This document shows positions 23,943 through 35,934 of a stretch of DNA of 64,000 nucleotides, piece after piece. Below the pieces are notes generated by a model. The model made no database searches. It saw only the letters and a program-made list of their open reading frames with translations, and was not told where the DNA came from. Position numbers and translations under genes: made by a program. This stretch comes from Squalus acanthias (taxonomy: Eukaryota): NCBI GenBank assembly GCA_030390025.1, contig CM059432.1, positions 93,436,001-93,500,000 on the forward strand, written 5' to 3'. Position 1 is the stretch's first letter. The number at the start of each line of letters is the position of its first letter.

Positions 23943-26275
23943 GCCCCGGATTTTGTAGTCAGTGGCGAATGACCGGCGCTTGCCGTTCACCTCGCTGATA
24001 GCTGCCCACAAAGATTTGACCAGCTTTAGAGCGCAGACTTCCTGTCATCGGGCGTCTGATCCAGCACAGCGCCCTCTACAAGGGATGTGTGGCATTTGTG
24101 AACAGGACAAGAAGTGGGCTAAAAATTTGTTATAGCCAAGGAATGGTGTCAGTAGAAAAGTTGGAGAATTAGCGCCTGGTGCAAATGCTTTAGACTGCAC
24201 GAAAAATTCGTGCTCACTGCTCAATAAATTGATTGGAGCGCTAATTCAAGTCTTTGGGGTAAAAATTCACTTGGTTGCGCCACCCGTTAGCGCCTTAAGA
24301 GGGCGCTAATGGGGCGCAAAGCCGCTAACGCCTGGGCGCAGCGATGTTTGCGCCGCTCGAGAACTTAACTTGAGATTGTGCGGCGGCGCTAAAACTTACC
24401 GCTGCGACCACCTGCGCGCGCAGATTGTGACGTCATTCCATGGTGCAACGCCCTTGGGGCGCCCCGTAGCGGAAATTGAGTGGCGCCCCCTGCCTTACCG
24501 CCTGGCGCTTCCAACGACCAGAAGACTGGAACGCTATCAATCGCTGTGGGGCTGGGGGGGGCGCTATTTAAAGGGGGCCTCTTCCTGTCTTTTATTGTTG
24601 GTGGCATTTTTGAACTACGCATTCTGAGAGAGAGAGGGAGAGACTTCTGGAGAGATTCAACGTTGTGTGAAGGAGTTTTGGGTACTGAGCAGCACTTTGC
24701 AGGTTCATTTTGATTTGCCATTCCTTGTATCGATTTAGCAGAGACCGTGGGAGCTGCACTCTGAGCTCTTTGCCTGGTGCTCTCCATTGTTCTTTCCAGC
24801 ACATTTGATGTGCAAGTCTCTCCAGGCCGAGATTCAAGGCAGCAATGAACAGGATGTGGATGGAAAGCAAGATTAACCATCCCCTTTAAGAACTGGCCCG
24901 TGCCATTGTGTGTGTGTTCTATTGCTGACTGACATTACATGAGCTTCGCCAGCGCTCCGAGTTAGCGCCTCACTCCTTGGCCTTTGCGCCTTAAGAGAGG
25001 TGTGCAGCGCCTGCTTTAGCGCTCCACTCACCTCCCGGGGCGGTAAAAGTGAAGTTTCCCGTCAGTGCCGATAATTAGCGCCAGGCGCTAATATTTGCGT
25101 CCGGACGATATTTGCGCCCCAAATGGGGCGCGACCTAATTTCTACCCCTTTAAGCCCAAGCTCATTGGCGTTACCAATATTAGGGTGGACCAATATCAGG
25201 TGCAATCTAATTGCAAGTCATGATTGCCACAGGCTTTTACCAATTCTTAAAAGGGGAGGTTCATTGATGCTGCAGAACCTCATTCTCAGCATTGCTGGCT
25301 GTGCAGCTGCAGGTAAAGGAGAAGGAACCGGAGGACTGAAGCAGCTGTACTCATGGCAGATCCACACCCCAGGGAGAGAGCCCGCAGATTCAGCGATCAA
25401 GCATTGGAGGTGTTGGTGTTCGCTGTGGAGAGACGGTACAGTGGCAGGAGGCCCTCACCGCAAGTCTTCTGCCCCATGTGGAGGGAGGTGGCGCAGCACG
25501 TCTCGGGCAGCAGTGTGGTCCCCAGGACCCCCACACAGTGCAGGAAGAAATTTAATGACCTCACTCAGGTGGTCAGGGTGAGTGAATGCTTCAACAAATG
25601 ATACATACCACCATCTGAACCACAGTCTTCACGCACTGCCCAAAGCACCACACCCCCAGCACTTACACACCAACAATATCTACCTACCAACACTCACACT
25701 CACACCTTGCATACAATGACAGCTATTCAACTATGGCAGGCACATCACCCAACACATTGCTCCACACTCACTCACACACTTTCCTTTCTCTTGCAGGCCA
25801 AGGTGGTTCACAACAGGAGGGAGCAGGAGCGCACAGGCAGGGGACAAGCCAACACCCAACCACTGTCTGCGCTGGAGAATAGAGTGCTGCAGATTATTGG
25901 GTACCAGGTGGTGGGTGCCGTGGCCACCGGCGAAGTTGACCCCCTTGGGGACAACAACGGTATGTTCATTCCTACTCCTTCTTCTCACATCCCACTTCCC
26001 CCTCACCCCACAAGCGTTTCGCACTTTCCAGCTAATCATGCTGTATGCATGGATTTCTCCCTTTCTGCCCACTTCCCCTCACCTTAACCCGACTCTTGTG
26101 CCTTTATGCTTACAGATAATCAGCAAGCACCTGAGCAGCCTGTCCCGGAGGGCACCATAGAAAGCGAGGCAGGAGAAGAGGAGGAGGAAGAACACACCAC
26201 GTCACTGTATGTCTCACCCGCAGGCACCAGCTCAGATACTAGCACTACGCGTTCTTTAGAGGCTAGTATAGTATT
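23943..26275 (+). mobile_element. Second Harbinger element (right end missing) carrying a Myb/SANT-like gene and nested MITEs
   Basis: Left end gccccggatttt resembles the element at 30693; Myb-like exons at 25353-26282. Confidence 0.75.
24256..25148. mobile_element. CpG-rich Harbinger-type MITE (about 0.9-kb family)
   Basis: GGGGTAAAAATT / AATTTCTACCCC ends; TTT duplication; relatives at 30951, 35935, 43430 and 57232. Confidence 0.88.
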
Positions 26276-26282
26276 AGATTAG
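25353..26282 (+). CDS. Harbinger-derived Myb/SANT-like (NAIF1-type) DNA-binding protein, predicted spliced ORF of 184 aa (exons 25353-25577, 25797-25959, 26116-26282)
   Basis: RERARRFSDQALEVLV...WREVA...RTPTQCRKKFNDL | AKVVHNRREQERTGRG...LSALENRVLQIIG | acidic tail. Donors gtgagt and gtatgt, polypyrimidine-AG acceptors, no internal stop. Confidence 0.65.
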
Positions 26283-26927
26283 AATTACAATCTTTGTTAT
26301 TTGTCCACTTGAGATGAAAGACATTCTACTGTAAAAATTACACAGTTAAACTATTTGCTTGTTCTGGTTTCTTTAATACGTTGCTTTATAGTTCAAACTT
26401 TAAAGTCTTTTTAAACACTGAAGAAGTCTTTAGAGGTATAACGCAATCTCTTACTCAATGGCAATCTCTTACTCAACATCAATTAACAACCAAGGTTTCA
26501 TATTCATTTACCAAGGCATATTACCAATAACTTTGCTCAATTTGAAGGCAAGAACTGCCGTTCTCAAAAGGTTTGGGCAGTTGGTACTTACCCACAAGAG
26601 GGATCTAAAATAATTAGGAAAGTTTTAAAAAGACCCAAAAACATAACAGAACAGAACACAAAACAAGTCCATTCTCTACTTAAAAGGATGACGTTAAAAA
26701 GGACCTGCTCCCAGACCTTTGCTATTGTCATTCTACAACTGGCTGCTAAGAGGGCATACAGGAGCCCTCTGAGTGGCTGGCCCTCTAATTTTACCTCCTT
26801 TCCTTTGGAAGAGGGAAATCACTGACCTTTCCACATGATCAGTTCAGGAGATCAGGACTCAACATGTAGGAAACTGTGGTGCAAACTCATTCTACCGTTC
26901 CATGGCACAGAAGCTCCAAATCATTGA

Positions 26928-27585
26928 GGGGGGGGGGGGGGGAAATTTAACCCCGCAGGATGGGTGAGAGAGGGCGGGGACATTAAATTTGAAAAAATGG
27001 GAAACCGACCCAAACCCGCCATAAACGTGCCTACTTCCAGTTTAACTGGGGCGGGTTGGGGCCGGTGAGTAACCTGCCCTCGAGAGGCGGGTCAGAAATT
27101 ATAATATGTTAATGAGGCTGCATGCCTCAGATTTTAGCATCCATTTGGATTGAACGGCTGCGAGCCCGGTTTCCGAGGATTTGGAAAATCTGGCAGTTAA
27201 AGGGAGGCGAGAAATGCCGATCCAGCAGTTAAGTGCTTCTTCAGCACTGCTTGTGGGCCAGGAGGAGCAGGATTGCTTCCCCCAGCCCACCAAACTTACC
27301 TGCCACAATCAGCTGCCCTCCCCGCGATCGGCCGAACCCCCACCCCCTCCCGCGATCTCTCGTCTCCGGTCCCCGGTTGCGGCCTTGAACACCAGGCTTT
27401 CCCACATGGCAGCCAGCCGGCCTCTCAATCTGGTCAGCTGCAACATAATTCAACATTCTATTCACCTGGAGATGTTTTGGCGCTGAGAAGGAGGGAAGCG
27501 GACTGAACAATTCAAATAAGGAGTTACAAGAGAAATAGGCACGTAGCTGGAAGGCGATGTCACAGGCCCTCCCCATTTTCTATCC
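26928..27585. mobile_element. Older GC-rich non-autonomous DNA-transposon fragment
   Basis: GGGGAAATTTAACCCC start; internal similarity to 34035-34620 (gtgc..cagcactgcttg..ggagca...ttcc). Confidence 0.5.
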
Positions 27586-28812
27586 ATCCCAAGTGGCATC
27601 AACCTTCTGCTGACACACGCCGTACAGTCTCCTCTGCTCTTAAAGCCCCGCCGTAGCTATCTCCACTTACTTTATCCCATGTTCCAACCTTTAGCCCCAG
27701 TCACCACAATCTCTCCCCACAGCAGCTCTCAAGTCAGAAGTGTGATAGAATACTCATCAGTCACCTGAATGGGTGCAGCCACACACAACAACACTCAAGG
27801 AGCTCAACATCACCTGTTTGATCGGCATATCCTGCCACTGACCTCAGTATCACAAACCATACTCTAGGTCCTGGACTACCCATGAGTAACCCCACTAGAG
27901 ATCAACTGTGCATATAAAAGTTTTGAGATGTCCAACACTTAGGTATCACACTTGGTTACAAGCCTGAAGTTCTGTGTCACACTTGAAATGAATATAAAAA
28001 AGCAAGAAAGTCACTTCTTAATTTTTTTCTTGTGAGCTGTCAAAGATTTACAAGCAGCTGCCCATCGAGAGAAACTTTTCCAGCAACGGAAAGTATCTTC
28101 CAAGTGATCCTAGGTTGTGCCCAAGAGCAATTGCTCTCTAATTGACCTCAAGATGCATCTATTTACATCAATCAGACCTTGTGCCTTAAAGGGACAAGCT
28201 ACCTTATATACTGCTACACTTTGCAGTGATATGCTGTGTGTTACATAGTGCAATACGCCCTATCCTCCAACTCATTGTAAGCAACACCAACTGAGATCTG
28301 CTAGTCACTTTATTAAAAATAATTGTCCATTGGAAAAAATACCCATCTTTACACAAAGTGGGTAAAATAAATTGTAGAGAACTAAAGACCTATGCTATTT
28401 AATACAGCAGGGTTATAAATTAATCTGACCCGAGCTTGTAGTTCAAAAAATGTTTGAATTTTAGTATGAAGGTGAATAATATCCAGCTACAAATCACTTT
28501 AAATTTGGTTATGAAAATATTTTCCTAAAAAAGGTACATTGTAAAAGTTTTGTTTTGGGTGTTACGGGTATCTAAAAACAAGAAAGAAAATAAGCATCGA
28601 TATGGGATAATTCAATCACTCTGATGAGGAAATAGAAAAGGAATTCATAAACACCGTGTGCAATTTTGAAAACAACAGTATTTCAACAACACTGTTGACT
28701 AAGACGAGGAGACCCCGTTTGCCAGATCCTCCTCGACCAAATGTAGGAGAATCAGCACTTCTAAGAAACAGGCTTGAATGAGTTACAAAAAATAACAAAC
28801 AAAATGGCTCAC

Positions 28813-29339
28813 CTCTGCATCTTCACCCTCCACATGTTCATTCTCACCCAGCTCCTTTATTGGAAGTGGCGGAGGATCATCTTCGGTAATCATTATCTGC
28901 TCTGTGGAAATACTCTGCCGATTCATTTTCACCTTGCCTACTGTTGCATATTCTGCGGTACCATCAGCAAGCTCAGGATTTTGACCTTGTACCATGATAT
29001 TCAAACCTGCATTTTCTGACTGATCATAAATTTCATTGGCCACACTGCCAGATTCCTCTTTCAGGTCCTTCACAGTTTCATAGAGAGAGTCTTCAATGAT
29101 TATGTCCTGCGAAGAGCTGTCCTTTAGCACTTCATAGGTGTCATATGCTCCACGAGAGGTCTTGCCTTCAGTCACTTCTGGAGATCCTGTGTTTGGTACT
29201 GAATCATTCCCAGGTATTTGTGGCAGTTCTCTACTCTGAGGACATTTTGAAGACTTACAAGAACTATCTTGTTGGTTTGCCACAATTGGAGGCAATGCAT
29301 CTTCAGAAGAATGAACAGTTGCACTCTCATCTGAAAGAA
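28813..29339 (-). CDS. PAG1: PAG1 large cytoplasmic exon (527 nt) with YEVL, YETV and YATV motifs and a PPPLP segment
   Basis: Part of ORF 28783..29478. KCPQSRELPQIP, YEVLKDSSSQD, LYETVKDLKE, AEYATV and PPPLPIKELGENE match PAG1. Acceptor actttgacag| at 29339; donor GAG|gtgagc at 28813. Confidence 0.96.
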
Positions 29340-29805
29340 CTGTCAAAGTGAAATCATTTACCAACAGTTCCATTTTAAAAATCAATGTTATTATGAGGCA
29401 TGTAAAATTCTTTGCATTTGGGTAAAAATTACTCCAAGATCTAACAACCAACATAAAAGAAATGTAAACAGAGACCACTGTTGGTGAGAGTGAACAGAAG
29501 CAACAAATGAAAAAGTGCCAATGAGATGCTTTTGATATAAAATGAACAGAGTATCAGGCAATGACAATGACAAAAGAACCAACACTCTGACAAATACATG
29601 AAGAAATTTTAAAGTGACATTTCCCAAATGGAGCATTTAATCCGTTTTAATAACCAGGAATCTCCCCATTACAAATTAGTTTAAGAAAAAAATACTGTTA
29701 TTAAATCTTAATGTGTGCAACTTTTTTTAGGGTTGCTTCAAGCCAAATAATTAAAATGTTACTTTAAATGCCACGAGATTACTAAATACTAAATTGCTGA
29801 CTTAC

Positions 29806-29899
29806 CATCTCCATTTGCAAGACTGTCAGCGTGACCATTTGCTGGCACCTCATTTCCAAAGCTCGCGACTGAATAACTGTTGGTTTCTTTCTCTGAAGG
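29806..29899 (-). CDS. PAG1: PAG1 coding exon 3 (94 nt)
   Basis: ttttacag|CCT TCA GAG...GGA GAT G|gtaagt translates PSEKETNSYSVASFGNEVPANGHADSLANGD versus human PSDKEMFSRSVTSL...LTNGD. Confidence 0.93.
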
Positions 29900-30692
29900 C
29901 TGTAAAATATATTTGCATATCAGTGTCATGTTCTGGTAAAAAAAAGTTAATTTAAGATCTACATTAAAATGATATTACTTCAAACAAGCAAAATGAACTG
30001 TGTTTTGGAATATAGATTACAAGAGGGACTTGACTCTTCCACTTTCTCTGGTGCTTTCCCTTACAAGATTTATTTCACCTCCATACCAGCTCGGTAAAAT
30101 TTTAAAGAGAATAGGCTGCCTTTAAAAAAAAACACAAAAGAAAAGTATCTCGCAATACAGAAACTTAGCTGGTTGACTTGCAGATAATTCATGTGTTCAT
30201 GGTCTTGTCAATGTTGTGATAATTTTAATAGATATATGTTGCTTTGTAATATTGAAATTGTTCCTAGGAAATTAATATTTTGCAAGATTATGTTCCACAA
30301 AAAGAACACAGTCCCTTTAAAAGGAAACTGCAACCATTTTGAAAAGAAAAATATGAAGCAGTAGTATGGTGGCACAAATCAACAGAGTGGCAGGACATAG
30401 ATGCATGTAATTCTCCACATGGCAAGTTTAAAATTAAATCAAACTGTGACACAAGGGAAAGATGAGAGAGGCCGGACGTGTCCTCACAGTAGAAGATAGA
30501 TAGATGGTGAATCATTTTGTTTCCTCTTTTGCACCTAATAACCGACCCAAAAGTGACGCTCACAAAGTACTTGCACAGGTCATTTGCTCGCCCTCTAGGT
30601 TGGGGAAAAATATGCTGGCCAGGGCTAATTAAAAATAGGAAATAAATATGGAGACAAACTTAAAAAAAACACGTTCAAAAATTAAATATATT

Positions 30693-31774
30693 GGCCCGGA
30701 TTTTAAAGTCAGCAGTAAATGAACGGCGCTCGCCATTCATTGCACTTCTACTTGCCCACGGAATTTCTGTGGGCTTTTATATTGCAACTTGCGGTTATCA
30801 GACAGTCAAAACAGCGTAGCGCCCTCTGCAGGGGATCTGGGGCATGTGTAAATAGGGCAAGCAACAGTGTGTCTCTTCAACCAATCAGATTGAAGAATCC
30901 TCACTGAGACATGCAGAGTCTGAACCAGGAAGTATCAGTTAGAACATTTAGGGGTAAAAATTCAGTTGGTTGCGCCTCCCGTTAGCGCCTTAAGAGGGCG
31001 CTAATGGGGCGCAAAGCCGCTAACGCCCGGGCGCAGCGATGTTTGCGCCGCTCGGGAACTTAACTAGAGATTGTGCGGCGGCGCTAAACTTTACCGCTGC
31101 GACCACCTGCGCGCGCAGATTGTGACGTCATTCCATGGTGCAACGCCCTTGTGGCGCCCCGGAGCGGAAATTGAGTGGCGCCCCCTGCCTTACCGCCTGG
31201 CGCATCCAACGACCGGAAGACTGGAACGCTATCAATCGCTGTGGGGCTGGGGGGGGGGGGCGCTATTTAAAGGGGGCCTCTTCCTGTCTTTTTCTGTGGT
31301 TGACATTTTTGCACCACTCGTTCTGAGAGAGAGAGATTCGGAGAGAGAGAAAGAGAGACTTCTGCATTGAGTCAACGCTTTGTGAGGTAGTTTTCCCTAC
31401 TGATCCTAACAGTTGGCCCCCCCCCCGCTTTAAGAACTGGCCGGCGCCAGTGTGTCTGTGTTCCCTCGCTAACTGGCAGCAGCTGCGCTGCGCTCGCGCG
31501 CTGAGTTAGCGCCTCACTGCTCGGCCTTTGCGCCTTAAGACAGGTGTGCAGCGCCTGATTTAGCACTCCACTCACCTCCCGGGGCGGTAAAAGTGAAGTT
31601 TCCAGTCAGTGGCGATAATTAGCGCCAGGCGCTAATATTTGCGTCCAGACGATATTTGCGCCCCAAATGGGGTGCGACCTAATTTTCCCCCCAATATTCA
31701 ATGTAAAATCATGCACAGAAAGTGAAATAAAGAGAGGGAGAAATAAAGAGAGGGAAAGAAAGATGGGATTAAGA
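30693..31774. mobile_element. Harbinger-type MITE (left end ggcccggatttt) hosting a younger MITE and running into the gap
   Basis: Left end similar to 23943 and 17625; shares the accaggaag segment with the 17625 family. Confidence 0.6.
30951..31692. mobile_element. CpG-rich Harbinger-type MITE, shorter variant
   Basis: Both terminal regions nearly identical to 24256-25148; central segment differs. Confidence 0.88.
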
Positions 31775-31974
31775 NNNNNNNNNNNNNNNNNNNNNNNNNN
31801 NNNNNNNNNNNNNNNNNNNNNNNNNNNNNNNNNNNNNNNNNNNNNNNNNNNNNNNNNNNNNNNNNNNNNNNNNNNNNNNNNNNNNNNNNNNNNNNNNNNN
31901 NNNNNNNNNNNNNNNNNNNNNNNNNNNNNNNNNNNNNNNNNNNNNNNNNNNNNNNNNNNNNNNNNNNNNNNNNN
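31775..31974. other. Assembly gap (200 N)
   Basis: Run of N. Confidence 1.
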
Positions 31975-32395
31975 TCACTGCTTTAAATAGGTTGGACATC
32001 CTTCCTATCTTGCATAATGTTCCACAGAATTTTGGAATATAAAATTTTGATATGAAATGGACACTGTGATTTTGACTTTCTTAGAAAGCATCGAAAGAGA
32101 AGCAAGTGTCTGCTTCTAGTGAAGAAAAGTATCATCTGCGTTACTCCACGACATTGAAAAATGTGGTCCATCAAAACCACGATAAATTCCATTTTTCCTG
32201 GAGTATACCCCATTCTGATTAAAGTTTGTGTAGAATCCCCCAGACAAACTAAAGTTATAACTTACATGTGTAAGGATGTCAGGGCAATAAGTTCATTTTT
32301 AGTTGTTATGTTTAATATAATTAAGAGACCATGTACATTGGTAATTAGTACATTGCTAGATTTTAACATAGAGCAGCTAATTGTACAACACATAC

Positions 32396-32447
32396 CATAC
32401 TCATTAGATTCTCATTATCCCCATTCTGCTCGGGAGTCTTCAGGTGT
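32396..32447 (-). CDS. PAG1: PAG1 coding exon 2 (52 nt)
   Basis: tttctattaccag|A CAC CTG...AGT ATG|gtatgt translates (R)HLKTPEQNGDNENLMSM versus human REKKPRQHSGDHENLMNV; phases fit both neighbours. Confidence 0.93.
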
Positions 32448-33434
32448 CTGGTAATAGAAAGGCACATGCAACATTAGATCATCCCATATATGTACATATG
32501 ATGTGCTCAAACAAGACAGAATTTTTTTTAATAGCAGTTACCCTTCACTCCTAATTGACCCATGACAGTTAAGTGATTTGTGCATTATACTGTAATGAAA
32601 TGTGCTTGTTTGAATGCTCCATAATATAGCACAAAATACAATCTTAACATATCAGCTATACTAATGATCCCAAACCACTTTATAACGAGACTTTACGGGC
32701 GAGGGAAAAAAAGTATAAAAAAGTAAAGAGGAGCTGTCAACATTACTCCAGAATGCATCCTTGGCAATTGTCCCTTGCATGCAAAGTTTGTAATCACTTG
32801 CTGAGTCAGGTTTATCAGATCATTCATGAGGCTATCACAAATCTGAGTTACTTTTTGATACATATTAATAGAAGTCTCCTTTTTTGCATAAAAATAATAA
32901 AAATTGTGAATGGAGGTAAAAAATGGTACTTTAGCAGTTGAGATGTTCTCTGCAATCCAGCTTGGTGCATGAAGAGTTTTCCCAATCCACAGTTTCTAGG
33001 TAGAACACCTCATTAAGTTGTCCATTGTCACACGAGTGGTAGTGATAGGGAACCATGAAAAGCTGACACTATCATTCTGATTTTGTTCTGAGAGTATTTC
33101 CTGATGTTTACACAGCAGTACTGCTGCTGGTCATGAACAAGGCTACAATCTGAAGCACTCTACTTCCAAGTGAATAGCTGTAAGATAACTGGAAGCTAAG
33201 GAGCTGACTTGTGTTACATTTTTAACCCTCCCCCAACACAAACACTCAAACAAAAATAGATAAAATTTTTGGTGAGTGCGCAGAATATGATGGAATATAA
33301 TGTGTAACTGTACAGATCTTTGAACATCCGGTAGTACATGAGGCATAATAATCAGGAGGCAGTACATTCATCTGAAAATAAAAACATACTATCTCCCTCC
33401 CCAAGAGAATCACAACAAGACAGGCTCATAAATT

Positions 33435-33660
33435 ACGATAGCAAAATACTGCGGATGCTGGAGATCTGAAATAACAACAGAAAACGCTGGAAAAACTCAG
33501 CAGGCCAGGCAACATCCATGGAGAGAGAAAGAGAGTTAACGTTTCAGGTCGAAACCCTTCGTCGGAACTGAGAGAGCAAGAAATAAACAGATAAAAATGC
33601 AAGGGGGAGGCTGGGGGGAGGAATAAAAGAACAAAAGGGATGGTCTTTAGTGAGTAGAGA
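33435..33660 (-). mobile_element. Short Penelope 3'-tail insertion with variant hammerhead motif (33534-33569)
   Basis: Same terminus acgatagcaaaatactgc as 4209; TSD cataaatt (33427-33434, 33661-33668); reverse strand agtt-CCGACGA...GAAAcgtt-aact. Confidence 0.85.
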
Positions 33661-34034
33661 CATAAATTAAATGGATTACAAGATGCCTAATTTAATTAAC
33701 CATTGGTCACGATTTGCAGAGCCATTCAGTCAAAAAAACAAATGAAAAGAAATCCATTGGTCTGTGCTGACCTAGTTGACCTCAGCCAGGCAAGTAGTGA
33801 GGGCAATACAGTTAGCCCCCGATTTTCCTGGGCTATGGGAGGAGGAGGGAAAGAAACAGCTGAGGTTCCTATTTCAGATTGTTATCTAGACAAAGTCTTC
33901 AGAAGAGGAGTAGAAAAATAGGGAGAAAATTGAAGTATAAAGTAAATATTGCACCTTTTCAGACATTACTTTGTAATATATGATCATACCACTTATTACT
34001 TAAAAGCAGAAATTTTAAAAAAATTGGACTCTCG

Positions 34035-34620
34035 GTGTAATTTTAAACCCCAAAAATAGGGTGGGTTTGGGTCGGGTGGGAAATTAAAATGTTAAAAATC
34101 TACATAGGTCGGAAGAGGGGCGGGCAACCAACCCGCTCTCAGGAGGTGGGTCAGTCGTTGAAACCTTCTAAGGAGGCTACATGCCTTCAATTTAATGGGA
34201 TTTCTATTTTCAACCACAGTCGGCCTGGCTTCCCAGGCCTTGGAAAATCCGGCAGGGAAAAGAAGGCGAGAAAGGGTGGATTCATAAGGTGAGTGCCTTT
34301 ACAGCACTGCTTGAAGGTCAGAAGGAGCAAGAGTGTTTCCTCCCGGCCTAACAAGCCTACCCAGTTAAACCAACCCCCACAAGAATTCCGCCCAACACCC
34401 CAACCCATCACCGAACACCCCTGCGATTATGGACCCCCGTGATCTCCGACCCCCCCCCCCCCTCCAAACTCTCTCCAATTCCCACATCTCTGTCCCCAAT
34501 CTCCGACCCCCCTCTGATTCCTCCGACCCTCCAACCACGCTCTACCCACCCCCACGATCTCTAAACTTACCTTGTTCCTGGGGTGCGGCCTTTTCTGGAG
34601 CATTGGGTCCTTACCGTACA
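34035..34620. mobile_element. Older GC-rich DNA-transposon fragment
   Basis: Similarity to 26928-27585. Confidence 0.45.
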
Positions 34621-35934
34621 TAGTGTGTTTACTAAATGGAACACTCTTGATTTACTCATTTGAGTTTCCCTAACCTCAAGAAAAAGCTAATTATGGGAAA
34701 GATTATGCACTGCCTGCAGTCTGGGCAAGCGTGGTACTGAACAACTTGTCCCCCATTCTGGTTCACTGTACAGTATATAGCTGGGGATCATACAGTAATA
34801 TGTCTGAATGACCGTATTCTGGAGATCATTCCACAGAGCTTTCTGGACCTCTCCAATTTATTCACTTTAGGATATTGTTCTAACCATACTTGAAATGAGT
34901 TTGTTATAATGGTAGAATTAATGAACGGGGTAGGTAGTAGGTCTAAATTCCCCATTAGGACAGTACAATAAAAATATCTGGAGACAATATTACTTGCCAC
35001 TGCATTTTACATCTGGATTGTTATTTTATCTCTCTGCAAATTATATGTATATTATTACTTATGTTTTATGATGTGTACTTATTCCACTATAAAAATGCCA
35101 ACAGTGTTTAAAGTTTAAAAAACTGTTATTGAATAAGTTAATCAATGAGTGTTGGTGTTTTGCTTCTACATAATTTTCCATTAGTAATTGCACAATCCAT
35201 CTTTAATACTGCATATAAAATACTAATATTCAATATAATTAAATACTAAATATACATGAAATACTAATGCCTGCTCATTTAGTGCTAAAGAAATAGGAGC
35301 ATCTTGCATTGAATAATGTACAATTATTAAATGCTTTGTCATGCAAACAATGCATCTTGAATAAAAAACTACTCCGAAAGAATCCTTATATCATTATATG
35401 CTGGAGTTTTACATTAGGTGGATGCACAGACCTCAACAAAAAGTCAGTAAGTTGTTCAATAAATGAGTTTGCAATGCCAAAGTCTGCCCAGTTGCATTAT
35501 AACCAGACTGCCATCTACTGCAAGTCTGTATTGGCAAACTCAAAAGGAAGAGAGAATTGTAGACTCACTACAACCATAGGTTCTCAATTTCTGTTCGGGC
35601 AGATTTCATGGACTGATAATAGATTGCTGGAGAATTACCAGAAGACAGCCCTTTCTAGGTAAGCCCTTTAATCTTCTGCCTGTAATGTAACAAATATCTT
35701 ACTATAAGAAGACACTGAAATCTAGGTCACACAAGTCCTTACTGCAATGAGATTTCTTAGGGGATAATTAAAATTAAATTGACTTGGTCTCCTTTCTAAT
35801 ATACAAAGCAGGTAACAAAGGTTTGGAACTGTTCAATTCCTTAAATTTCACAGCCCAGTTAGTCAAGCGCATTGCTAAAATGTTCTCCTCACAGTAGTCA
35901 CATATTGCACACCAGCACTTAGAGAAGACATATT

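Noticed and set aside
24389..24880. Recurrent ORFs (also 43738, 57439, 57491) suggesting a small multigene family
   Set aside because: They recur because they lie in copies of one MITE; frames and lengths vary with the (GA)n tract.
26591..26605. Possible 13-nt PAG1 micro-exon (ttttag|atccctcttgtgg|gtaagt)
   Set aside because: It would shift the frame and has no convincing PAG1 similarity.
28611..28781. Protein-like plus-strand frame FNHSDEEIEKEF...PRLPDPPRP
   Set aside because: No start codon or clear acceptor and no recognisable homology; likely chance.
29340..29478. Hydrophobic N-terminus of ORF 28783..29478
   Set aside because: Intron read-through upstream of the acceptor at 29339; the true frame joins the exon at 29806.
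31667..31999. ORFs containing X runs
   Set aside because: Artefacts of the N gap.
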